This document shows, piece by piece, positions 1-11,415 of a stretch of 64,000 nucleotides of DNA (positions are counted from its first letter, which is position 1; each line of letters starts with the position of its first letter). The notes under the pieces are model-generated. The model saw only the letters and a list, made by a program, of their open reading frames with translations. It was not told where the DNA came from and did no database searches. The translations under genes were made by a program, and so were the position numbers. This DNA is from Trichoplax adhaerens (lineage: Eukaryota; Animalia; Placozoa): positions 11,718,878 to 11,782,877 of the forward strand of contig NW_002060943.1 in assembly GCF_000150275.1 (NCBI RefSeq). The letters run 5' to 3'.

Positions 1-165
1 CTGTCTATTTACGGAATTAGTAAATTAAAATCGCGCAGTTTTATTCTCGGATAGGCATAAGATCTAACGTAAAATTCAACTTTGTAGCGGAGTGTTCGAG
101 GCCTTGCAAGGAAATCTCAACCAACACGTGCAGCTAGGACTGTTGCTTCTTCTTTTCTGCACGTA

Positions 166-620
166 CAGTACTCAGGGTGTCTCATAAAAGTACAGTACAG
201 TACGGTAGGATTGTATGGAGCACTATAATAGCGGAGACCTTCCAAATAGTGTGGAAAGGACGGACGCGAGGACTGCCAAGGATTTTACGGTACTGTACTG
301 TACTGTATCATACTATACTTACAGCCTACAGTACTGTATACGGTACTCAGCGTGTCTCATAAAAGTACAGTAGGATTGTATGGTGGAGCACTGTAATAAC
401 GGAGACCTTCCAAATAGTGAGGAAAGGACGGACGCGAGGACGGTCAAGGATTTTACTGTACTGTACTGTACAGTACAGTATAGGGTATCTCATAAAATGT
501 ACAGTATACAGTACAGTACAGTACAGTAGGATTGTATGGGAGCACTGTAATAACGGAGACCTTCCAAATAGTGACGAAGGACGGACGCGAGGGCGACCAA
601 GGATTTTACTGTATCATACT
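166..620. repeat. Three-copy tandem repeat (~135-180 bp units) interleaved with TACAG/CTGTA pentamers
   Basis: Core GTCTCATAAAA...GTAGGATTGTATGG..GCACT.TAATA.CGGAGACCTTCCAAATAGTG...AAGGACGGACGCGAGG...CAAGGATTTTAC recurs from ~166, ~342 and ~476; unit length varies mostly through pentamer copy number. Confidence 0.9.
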
Positions 621-893
621 GTACGAAGGTCTGTCTGTACGATTGTCACCGGGAAGTACAGTATTTAGTACAGTAGTCTACAGTACTGTACTGTACTGTA
701 TCTCTAGTCAAAACCTTATCACGTTAACTTGACAAAGTACTGTACGTGCAGTACTGTGCGGTAAGTCAGTCCTAGCGGTAACGAGTGTACACTGTACAGC
801 ACAGTAATACTCTCTATACTGAATGTGGTGCTAGTACTAGGAGCCGTAACTTGTAGTCTTGTACGCTCTACAGTCTATGCTATTTGCTCCTTT

Positions 894-907
894 GTTGCTA
901 TAGAAAC
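894..907 (+). promoter_or_regulatory. RFX X-box upstream of MORN3
   Basis: GTTGCTATAGAAAC matches the X-box consensus GTHNYYATRRNAAC at all 14 positions and lies ~235 bp upstream of the ATG of a ciliary-type gene. Confidence 0.7.
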
Positions 908-1140
908 GACCAAATTGATGCAATACTAATTCTGTATAGCTAATAGAGCGTTGTGTTGAAGACTTCTTATTATAACCAATCAATAATAAAGAGTAAGAAC
1001 TAGCAAACTAGTTAATATCACTATCATTTATACCCATAACAGTCCTAGGCTATTGTACATTAATACACTTACTGTACTTCATCATAATACCACGAAGATT
1101 ATCAAAAGTGAATCGACTACCAATAAAGTTTATAGACAAG

Positions 1141-2635
1141 ATGCCGATTGAAAAACAACCAAAGATTCGCGAACCGATGTGGCACGAATGGGATGATAAG
1201 GCTCAAAAGAAAGGAATACATCATACAGTTTACACCGTGAATGGAGATCATTACACCGGAGATTGGAGCAATAATAAAAAAAATGGTTAGAAATGATCTC
1301 ATATTCCTGCAACATGAATTACAAATTGTCATCGTACATCTTATACCGTAGTCTCATAATAGTATGGGAACTTTTAAATGAAATATGCGTAAAGATGTGC
1401 TACAAATCCAACAAATTAGAACTAGTATCAAAATGATCTACAACTTTCACGAAAATAAGTACACGAAAAGTACTGAAATTATTCGTATATTTAATTCAGT
1501 AGACACGTTCATTACTGTAATATACTATCATTGGTTATTGCCATACTTGAACGCTAAATTTTATGGGTTTATATAATACAGAAGCCAAATCAATACTTTA
1601 GTAAATCATATTAAAAAAGTTTTCACTTAATCTAATTGCTTTTTATCTAATAATATACTTTATTAAATATAAAACTATCGTATTCTTTCCGCGTTACGAT
1701 CACTGAAGGAATTTCAGAGAAAAATATTGATACCTAAAAAAATGACTTTATTAGGCAAAGGTACACAATTCTGGAAAAAGTCAGGTACTATCTATGATGG
1801 AGATTGGAAAGACAACAAACGTCATGGTTTTGGCACCCTTAGTGTTCCAGTTAAAAATGGCTATCGTAAGGTATATTCTGGCGGTTGGAAAAACGGCATG
1901 CGACACGTAAGTTAGTTTGATGTCTTGCGTCTAACCTTAGCAAGTGAATTGTTAGATATATTACATTTCCGTACTAATCTACGTCACTGATAACATTTTA
2001 GGGTTATGGAACAAATTTTTACTCTCCAACGGAATATTATGAAGGCGAATGGTATGCAAATAAGAGAAGTGGATGGGGAAGAATGTATTTTGAAGACGGT
2101 TCAATTTATGAAGGCGAATGGTTTAATGATCTTAGAAACGGAGAGGGCATGCTAAGATTAGGTTGCTTACTATTATTAATGAAGGCTTATCTCACGAGCT
2201 TTCATGGCATAATCCATTAAAATTTATAGTTCCAGTTGTAAGATCGACATTAAAACTAATTATTTAATTGCTTATGACATTCTTAGCAACCGGTAACAGA
2301 TATGAAGGATCCTGGAAAGATGATTTAAAGCATGGTGCCGGTAAATTTTATTATTTAGATAAAGGACAGCTATATGAAGGTACTTGGCGTGATAATATAC
2401 CGAAGTGTGGCAATATGGTAGACTACGCAAGAAATGAAGCTACTCGTCCAACTCAGTATCAGTTACCTGAGGTTCGATTTTTAAATTACAAGATTTAACT
2501 TACAATTAATTCATTGAAATAGTGGTCCCATTCTAACTATTTGATGTTACATCTATTGCCTAGAATAAATTACAAAATCCAGATGCAGTAATGAGGGAAG
2601 CAGAAGAAAAATTGGAGGAGGATGAAACTGAATAG
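1141..2635 (+). CDS. MORN3: MORN repeat-containing protein 3 (~237 aa, 5 exons)
   Basis: Exons 1141-1285, 1755-1906, 2002-2161, 2287-2471, 2564-2635 join in frame via GT-AG introns. Tandem MORN repeats (YTGDWSNNKKNGKG, YDGDWKDNKRHGFG, YEGEWYANKRSGWG, YEGSWKDDLKHGAG), MORN3-type N-terminus (WHEWDDKAQKKG) and C-terminus (QYQLPENKLQNPDAV). Confidence 0.9.
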
Positions 2636-4042
2636 AATTAGTGTGTGCAATATTTGTAACGTCGTATGATCAATAATAATACATAAGTGCATTCAATATT
2701 CTTCGCTGTCATTAAGTTGAACGGTGCATGACTCTGTCAAAACTACTATCTTACTGAAATAATTTAATGTGTATTTTAAATTCTGAATAATCCAATTTTA
2801 TTAATACGAGTTAATGTATGCTACTATTTGAACATTACAATGTGCTTAAATTCACAAACTTAAAGTCAAATCTCAACTTACTGCAATATGACCTTGAGAA
2901 ATATTTAAACATCTTTACTGTAAAAATTGCTTAGATGACGTCAAGACGATGCGAAATACAAAACATAATTTAATTTATGAAATTTGCTATAGAACCGATT
3001 ATTCTTGTTAAGTTTATTGTGCAGAATAAATTTATTTTCGGTGACAAAACTATCGATCCTATCGTGAAAGATATTAAATATCGGAAGCCATAAAGCACTA
3101 GGATATACGAAGATTGATCAGAAGTACGCGTATAGTCTTAGCGATTAAAATTTAAGACCGGGCTACTAAAACATTATATAACTTTAGCTATATGATTACT
3201 AGTATTTAATAGAACTGCGCAATTTGATGGTATACAGAACTAATGATGAGATCTATTAAATCGCATATCCATCAACTTATACTCCAAGTTGTCTCTAATC
3301 GTTACAAGACAATGTCGATGGAGTTGATACCTTGGACTATTACAGGTTCTAGTAGCTAGAGTTTAACGCCCCACTTGTTGTTACAAACTAATTATAGATG
3401 TCACACCAGGCTATAGAAAGACAGTTACAACAATTTTATTGTAAATTCTCTTAACTTGAAACTTATATTGATCTGTACCATGATAGATAACTAAAGAATA
3501 TATATGTTAGCGGTAATGGTTGCATTACCGATTTTAGACGTAACATATACAGCAACCACAAACTGAGCTCAAACAGAACATTAGCAGTTGAGCTCAAGTG
3601 ACTGCAATAATAGGGATTTGCATAAATAAATTATTGCGATTTAATACGAAAATATCACAATGGCCTATCATTACTTCGTCCTTGTAGTTATTACTAACTA
3701 AAGGATGCTAGATTGTAAATTCTATTTCATGAAGCTATGAATAGTACCGTATTTAAAATAGAAATTTTAGAAGTACTGTGCATTCACAAGTTTCGGCTAT
3801 CATTTCACTGCAAACATTAAAGACAAGAATTCTTCTTCGTTGGAATAAATGAATGCACAATGTTTTTAGCTCACAGTCATTTGTCTAAACTTCATCTAAG
3901 CAACCTTTACAAGAGAGCATATTTTAGATTGCACTAAAAAGATCTTTTACAGAAATTAAAATTAATCAATAACATTAAAAGTTATTAGAACAATATTTGA
4001 TGAATTTCTCGATGATCTAGGTAGTTTATGTTGTGCAGCAAT

Positions 4043-6863
4043 TTATATTTTAAAGCAATTTTTTCCATCGATATGTTGTAGCTCTAAGTATACGTCCGTG
4101 CCATATTCCGGAATTGTATGTAATTGCAAACTCCCTCCCAAATATTCTGCGTATATGCGTGACACAGGTAAACCGAATCCATAGCCAGACATAGGACCTC
4201 CTGCTGGACCACCAAATTGAATTTCCATTACACTATTGAAAATATTTTGCTCAAGTGCAGTGTTTTTTGCTCGGCTTGTTGTGTAGTGATATTTCATAGC
4301 TTTACTAGCGTTTTCTTTAGCCATTCCACCACCCTGATCCGAAATTCTACAATTTCAGTATGGCAAAATTTAGAGAATGGGAAGGTCAAAGGATTCACTC
4401 AGATTCCTGATGAGACGCATTGTACCGCTTTTCAGCTATAATATCATCATTACCTGATGTAAAAGTACTCCTTAGTGTTGCTAATTGCTATTTTGACATT
4501 AGGTAGGTTATCGGATAATTTTGGATGATTTTTTACCGTAGCTCTAATAGTTTAATAGTAAAAAAGGGTTAATAATGTATATCATACAAAATGAGAAATT
4601 TAAAGAATTATTGAATATCAAGTGGCACAGTATTTCACATAACAATAGTTACTCGAAAGCATTTTTGAGTAATTCAAAGACGATATATTCCAGAGGAGCG
4701 GGAAAATACGGAAAGTGACAATTTACATCACCATCAAATTCTACATTCGGAGATCTACCATACTTGAAATCACATATCTCGCTTAAGGAATAAAGATTTG
4801 ATATAAGGAGTGGGTATATTGCTGGAAATTGGAAACTTCTAGCTATTTATTTAGTAGTAAGCAGAATCTACCATACTCTAAATAAAAAAGTTAGTATTTA
4901 CCGTGCAAAATCAGCTTTAGCCTTGATAAGATCTTGCAGCTCTAGCTTTGTGCAGATAATACCAACATATTTTGGCTATAGTAATATATGAACGGATGAT
5001 TTTAATTTTTAAAGCATATTTTTACTTGCTGTTACTAAGCGAATGCATTGATTCTGAATTTTTACTTTGGGATGATGTAACGCGACATAATGTTCAGCCA
5101 AAATTTTTATTCCAAGGTACCATTTTAAGATTTTATCAAGACTTTCGGAATGATCCTGAGCCTAGGCAGTCAAATCGCAAGGAACATACATGAAATCTGT
5201 GATGACTATGAAAATGTTACTATCGTAATTAAGTAAGTCGTTATACTAAAGCTGCGATAATGAAACTGATCAATTAATAAAATTTGGTATTTAACATGAT
5301 GTTCTTTTTACAACAACCACTGTATGATAGGGTTTTGAGGTAAAAATAAAAAAAGTATGTACTCACTGCAACACTCTTGTAAGCGCTGTCGAAACCAGAA
5401 GCGAGGGATTTTAATTCGTCATTGTATTTTTCAAGAATTTTGGTCAAGGTTTTACTATAAGCTACGGCTGCTTTGTAATCATTTACCTATCACCATGTTT
5501 AGTAAGTTCAAACAGTAGTAGTCACATATAAAATAGCATAATAGGATGCTTTGCAAAAATTGATGATGTAAAATATTAAATTTACGCAAGTACCGTCTCG
5601 TAATCATATAACATATCAAACGAGTTATGATATGATTCAAGCTATAATTTTAAAAGAAAAGTTAAAATAAGTCGAAATAGCATCAGTTGCATAATTCCTA
5701 ATTTTAGCTAAAAAGCATGTACGGCAGAACTTAGATGACAAAATTACTGATCACGTATACAGTAAATGATTTATTAATAAGACATTATGACTCCTACCAC
5801 ACTTTTAAGTTGGGGGTGGCACATAGCGATGTATGGGAGATTTTGCATAGTAGCGATAAGGTGGCTAAATCTTACAAGCAATTCTTTGACTAGGAATTTT
5901 GCACTTTTCTATTTCAAAATGCAAAAGAATAAAATATGATTATATCTCTTTATGCGTATAGCATGATGATTATTTGTACATAAAACGTTGTAAGTTTCAG
6001 TGCCTAAAACTAATACCTGATAAAACTAAGGGTTAAAACATTGATTGCAAATCTGACGATGAATAAAGGTACATTACATATGATATTTATAATAAAAAAT
6101 TGTATCATTTACAGGATAAATTATAAAGAGTGGCAGCGTCTACGTAGAAAATGTTGGCTTAAACTTTCATTGTTCAGTAATAATAATTTATTACACAATT
6201 ATTTAACGTTAGTATATTAAATATGAGCTTTATAGATTGAAAGGTAATTTTTTTACCATGAGATGCGATCCATCTTCACGATTACCAGCGAAGAGGACTT
6301 GATAAGGTGTAATTGGTGTTATAGGCTGTCAGTTCAAAAAAGAAGAACGTAAGTCTTCAAGAAGGATCGCAATATAAATATCAAATGCGCTAAAGTAACG
6401 TTTATGTGCGATAAAGATTACAGCATATGATCTAAGAGGACTATATTGTCTATAATTATGCAGGTTTTTTAAACTAGCTATCATGACCAATATCATATTA
6501 CTACATAAAGTTGGAAAATACAGCAGATTAATTGCCAGGTACGAGACATGATTGTAATAATTATTAACGGTTTTACGATTAATAGACTAATACAATACAG
6601 TCATGCGGATCAATGATCCAGTAATGTTGCCAAAGTTTTGAAGTAGATTTAAGTTAAAGCTTGCGCTGTACGTAATGGTACGCATCAATCGTAGTCGTAA
6701 TGTCTGCTTTACTTGAGTTGACTGACAGATTGTGACTTACTGTTGCCATTAACTGATCTAAACTTGGTTTTGAGCTCCAACTGGAGGATCGAATCAACAC
6801 ATCTCGGTATCGGTACTTGAGTAAATTATTTATTAAGCAGCAACTTCGCGTTATTGATCTCAT
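4043..6863 (-). CDS. BCKDK: Branched-chain alpha-ketoacid dehydrogenase kinase-like (PDK/BCKDK family), mitochondrial, ~410 aa, 10 exons
   Basis: Exons 6863-6672 (donor tentative), 6325-6257, 5908-5798, 5641-5594, 5486-5367, 5161-5066, 4975-4902, 4781-4653, 4543-4454, 4346-4043. Arg/Ser-rich transit-peptide-like N-terminus; [21 protein letters not shown] (BCKDK-like); N-box ELLKNA; G1 ISDQGGG; G2 [24 protein letters not shown]; GTDVY. Confidence 0.85.
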
Positions 6864-7859
6864 CTTGTAAGGAATTTCTAATTAAGGTTAGTGAAAAAAT
6901 AATAACAATAATTGTAATATTATTCAGTAGATCAAATTATTCCCCACTACTGTTAACCATTAAGTCAATAATGTTGAAGGAATACAGTACATGCAAATTA
7001 AAATGGAAGAAAGTGCATAAAGATCTACTCCTACATGGTACGGTATCGATGCTTCATAACGTTATCATCCCCATCACTAATAAAGTAATGATAATATTAT
7101 TATTCTATTTATAATTATACGCTCTCTCTCTGTTTTATACAATGTTAATCTAAGTGCTGTATTGTACTGGTGCGGGTAAAAAGAGGGAGGGACGGAAAAT
7201 GGTCATTCAGTGGACTTAAACAGAAGGTAAAAGACCGACTAATCTGCCGCTCATTTTAACTGTACCATATGTGTATAAGTATGCACTGAGTGTAGACTAT
7301 ACTGTTTACGATCGTCATCCAAATTCGCCGCCAGGTTGTTCAATCGTACTGTACTGTATACTTAAACAGTAGTAGGTACGTAGAATGACCAGAAAATGAT
7401 TAACCTCCGCACTAAATGGCGTCTTTCAAGTCCTTCTCCCTTTCTTACTAGCCTATGGAATGGAATGGCCTACAATTTGATGACGTTATCTTTGCAACTT
7501 CCGGCTGCAGTGGGCTGCTTGCATTTTACTCCCCCAGTCTTTAGTCTTTAGCTAACTCATTCATTCCATTTATTTATAATTGATATCTCTATTACTGTAG
7601 ACAGTCTATGACAATCTACTGTTCACATACCGTACAGCATTTTGTACATAGGAATGATTCAAGTCGCTTCTTCTCTAAAAAGATTTTCATGCAGCCTCAG
7701 AATCATTGGTTTTCGATCATTTCAATGAACCTTAATGAGCGAGTGATAATCATAAATATCGTGAATGCAGTAGAACAGCACAACAGTTGTAGTCAACACT
7801 ACTAGAGGAAATTCTGCATCAAGTCGCTCACTCAAATTAATAAATAATTATACTTGAAC

Positions 7860-8160
7860 CAAGGACGACTGTACAGTGTACAGTACAGTGTGTGGGTGTA
7901 CAGTACAGTACAGTACGTGACACAGTACTGTACTGTACTGTACGTACAGTACACCCACATACAGTACAGTACAGTACTCTACAGTACTATGTTTCGATTC
8001 TACAATGTATGGTACCGTGACTGTACTGTACTGTACTGTACAGTACAGTACAGGACCTACAGGGTACAGTACTGTACGTCTTGCACTGATTCGGAAACTA
8101 CAGTACTTTCAATAGCTACAGTACACAATACTATACGACACAGTACAGTACAGTACGCAC
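7860..8160. repeat. TACAG/CTGTA pentamer microsatellite island in the divergent BCKDK/Orai promoter region
   Basis: Dense (TACAG)n and (CTGTA)n tracts, including a 28-bp perfect palindrome at 8026-8053. Confidence 0.85.
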
Positions 8161-8260
8161 AAACTGATGCACAAAACAAAGGACTGAAAGACGGTTGGAG
8201 TTACTACAAAAGACTCCAAGTTTAATTCTATCTAATTTAAAAGTAAATCGGCCAGTGCAA

Positions 8261-11086
8261 ATGTCGTCCTTAGATAGAAGTCCGGAACAGTTATCATGGC
8301 GAAATCTACGTTTAAGCAGATCAAAGCTGAAAGCATCCAGTCGAACATCAGCGTTGTTGTCTGGATTCGCAATGGTAATGTTAATGTTAAAGTTTGAATC
8401 AATGGAACACGGTGTATTAACATACTGCACAAAATACTGTTATACAGGTCAACATACTTTACAATAGAGTACATTGACTAGTGCTTTCTGAGTATACTCG
8501 TACAGTAATCCCCAAATTCTTTTTCAATTTTTTGGCCACTATTTAATTTATTAGCTACTGGTAAAATTTTTTAAAATCCATGAAATAAGTTCATGCCTCA
8601 TCTCGTATTATCTCATGTATAGCATGTGCTCACCATACTAATTTTCTATAAGCCTTAGCCTGAGTCTAAAAATGATATTATTGTTATTATTACTTATACT
8701 CAACACTCCTATCTATTTCAAAATCCATGCCCAGATTGACGAGTCTCGGTTATCATGTTATTATCATCCGCATTGCGAATAGACCTGGGGCTAAATTTCA
8801 ACAGGGCAAGCCGAAACCTTCAAAGGATTGTCCTATATTACAGGATGTGGGTCATTTCGGTTATCTACTTATCCATCTCAATAATAGCCTTCCAACGATC
8901 ATGGTTTATCGTATAATCTAGAATTGAAAATGGAGTAGTAGGTTGATGCAGCCTTGGCTTAGTATCATATGAATCAAATACTGAATAATACAATCGACGC
9001 TTGTACAATATACACTACAATACTACCGATAGCCGTCAATTCAATGGGACTAGCGTTAAATAAGATTTTTAATTTCAATGAGTAAAGTCACAAGCTTCTG
9101 CTGATCTACAGTACAGACGAATCCCTTAACTAATTAGTTCAATGTACGAACAATGTGTACACTCCTAGGAGTATTATTTAGTGTTAATTCCTATACAGTA
9201 TACTGTATACTGTATGTTATATGGCATTGTGGTCATTGTTGTTGAATGTTCCCCAGTGTTGGTTTGCGACTACATTATTTCAATCAATTAATCGTAGTTC
9301 ATCTTCTAAATGACCATAATCCGTTGGTTTGCGACAACATTATTTCAATCAATTAATCGTAGTTCATCTTCTAAATGGCCATAATCCGACAGCATTCACT
9401 TTGCTGAATTATTATGCTCATTACCTATGTAATGTATCGACTAGTTACCCGTTATTTTGGGGGGATAAAATGTAATGTACTGTATATGTATGATCAATAG
9501 CTCACTGCATTCAATTAATGATATCAGACACTCCACTCTCTGTAATAAATATGCAATTATCAACGGTGGGAAAGTGGTCAGTAACTGGTATTGCCATCGT
9601 AAGATGATACAGAGTTAAATTTTGCGAATATATTTTTGTAGTGTGCATACAAAATATAGATGCTATGCTATAGACTACTAGAAGAAACCAGGTTTTAGCA
9701 GTTCATGGCTATACATGTCAATAACCATGGATAGAGTCACTAACGAAGATAGCATTAACCTTAACCTTAATGTATTAACAATCAGTTTCAGATATTAATA
9801 CATGAAACAATAAATATCACCCATTCATAGTTCTTACAATGTTGATATTGTGAAAAGAGTTCAGCTTATAACTAATAACTGTATATGGCATTATTTAATG
9901 ACATTAAAAATTAACTGAACGAATGTTCATCGAACGCCTCCTCGTCAATATTAATTACAAGAAAATTTACTTTATGAATACCGTTCTGTATAAGTGATTC
10001 TTGCCTCATAATAGCAATATATAAGTCATTCCGCTAGTCCACTATATCGACGTAGCAAAGCAAGTAAATTTATTAATTAATAGGAATGGTGCTCGCTTCA
10101 CATAAATGTTAAACTGATTGTAAAATTAGCATGACGCGGAATATGATATCATAAGCAATTGGCTCTCACAATGACTTATGTCAGTGTTTGCAAATACTTA
10201 TGACAGCGATAGTGATATTCCAGTACTTTAATATTGCGTAGAACATCAAGACAACAGAATAGGATACATCATGTGAATATAAGCAGTATATACTGCTGAA
10301 GAAAATGTAACAAATTACCAGCGTCCGTTCAATTACTGTAGCTAGTAAGCTTAAATTTTGACCTTTTGGTGACTTTTCAACCCTATGCGAATGATTGACT
10401 AATATTAGCAATATCAAGCAGTTTTACTAGTACACAAAGATACTACTTTGTATTTAACTACTGCATAAATTTAAATTATTTTTAATATTGAATTATATAT
10501 AGATAGTATTAATTATTTGTATTTCTTGTAGGTTGCCATGGTAGAGATCGATATTGCGCCAGTTCAGAGTACCAATAACATCATTGGGTCAAATACAACT
10601 ACTAATTGCCCCCCAGGACATAAATGTGTTCCTTTATATTTGCTGGTTTGTTTTGCAGTACTAACAACTATCCTCATATCAGTTCATCTATTTGCTGTTA
10701 TGATTTCGACATGTATCCTGCCTCATATTGATGCAGCAGAAAGTGAAGGACCGTCGGATGGAATGGAGTCACCTCATTTCGAATTGCATAAGTATATTGA
10801 ATTAGCATGGGGATTCTCTACCGTTGTCGGCATATTTTTGTTTTTGTGCGAAATTATTGTTCTCTGCTGGGTCAAGTTTATTACGATTGATGAATATGCT
10901 GCGTTAGCTGGTACATGTACAATGATTCCTGTCTTAGTTGTGTTCACAGTGTTTGCGTGCCATTTTTACCGTCGCCTGAGCAGACACGAATATCGCAGAC
11001 ATAGTCGTCAAATTAATGAGTTAAAACGTATGGCCCATGCAAATTTGAAAGGCTCTGGTTTTAACGCTGGAGAGAATACCGTGTAG
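8261..11086 (+). CDS. ORAI: Orai CRAC calcium channel (~222 aa, 2 exons)
   Basis: Exons 8261-8374 and 10532-11086 join to give [28 protein letters not shown]|VAMVE (TM1, with the selectivity Glu). Also [14 protein letters not shown] (TM2), [28 protein letters not shown] (TM3), and TM4 FACHFYRRL followed by a short coiled-coil. Confidence 0.96.
9258..9387. repeat. 65-bp tandem duplication in the Orai intron
   Basis: GTTGGTTTGCGAC...CCATAATCC at 9258-9322 and 9323-9387, with 2 mismatches. Confidence 0.95.
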
Positions 11087-11190
11087 CAGACACGAATATT
11101 GCAGGCATGGCTGCTAAATTAATGAGCCAAAACATATAGCCCATGCAAATTTGAAAAGCCCTGATTTTAGTGCTGGAGAGAATACCCTGT
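10979..11190 (+). repeat. 106-bp tandem duplication of the Orai C-terminal coding segment into the 3' UTR
   Basis: 10979-11084 versus 11085-11190: 17 substitutions and no indels; the second copy has an in-frame stop. Confidence 0.93.
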
Positions 11191-11415
11191 GGATTACTGT
11201 ACTCTGCACAGATTACAGCTTTACTCACTTGATAATATGAAGGAATGGCTTCCTCTATAGAATTATGTCTTATTATTATGCATTCTTTTTTGTAAACTTA
11301 CCATTTTACATTCATAATTAAAATCAATAATATCTTGGTACTATATTTACATATGATAAATGTAGACAGTGACATCAGAATCCTTTAAAGATCAATCTCT
11401 TATTTATTTGATGAT

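Noticed and set aside
166-620. CRISPR-like appearance of the repeated core
   Set aside because: The context is eukaryotic, the units are long, the spacers are pentamer runs rather than unique sequences, and there are no cas genes.
177-732. ORFs 177-362, 417-668 and 532-732 (also 7854-8225 and 16085-16285)
   Set aside because: Their translations (STVQY/YCTVL) are products of the stop-poor TACAG pentamer repeats, with no recognisable domain.
11084-11122. Stop-codon readthrough of Orai (TAG CAG)
   Set aside because: The 106-bp duplicate is out of frame; readthrough would add only ~12 residues, and the context is not a strong readthrough motif.
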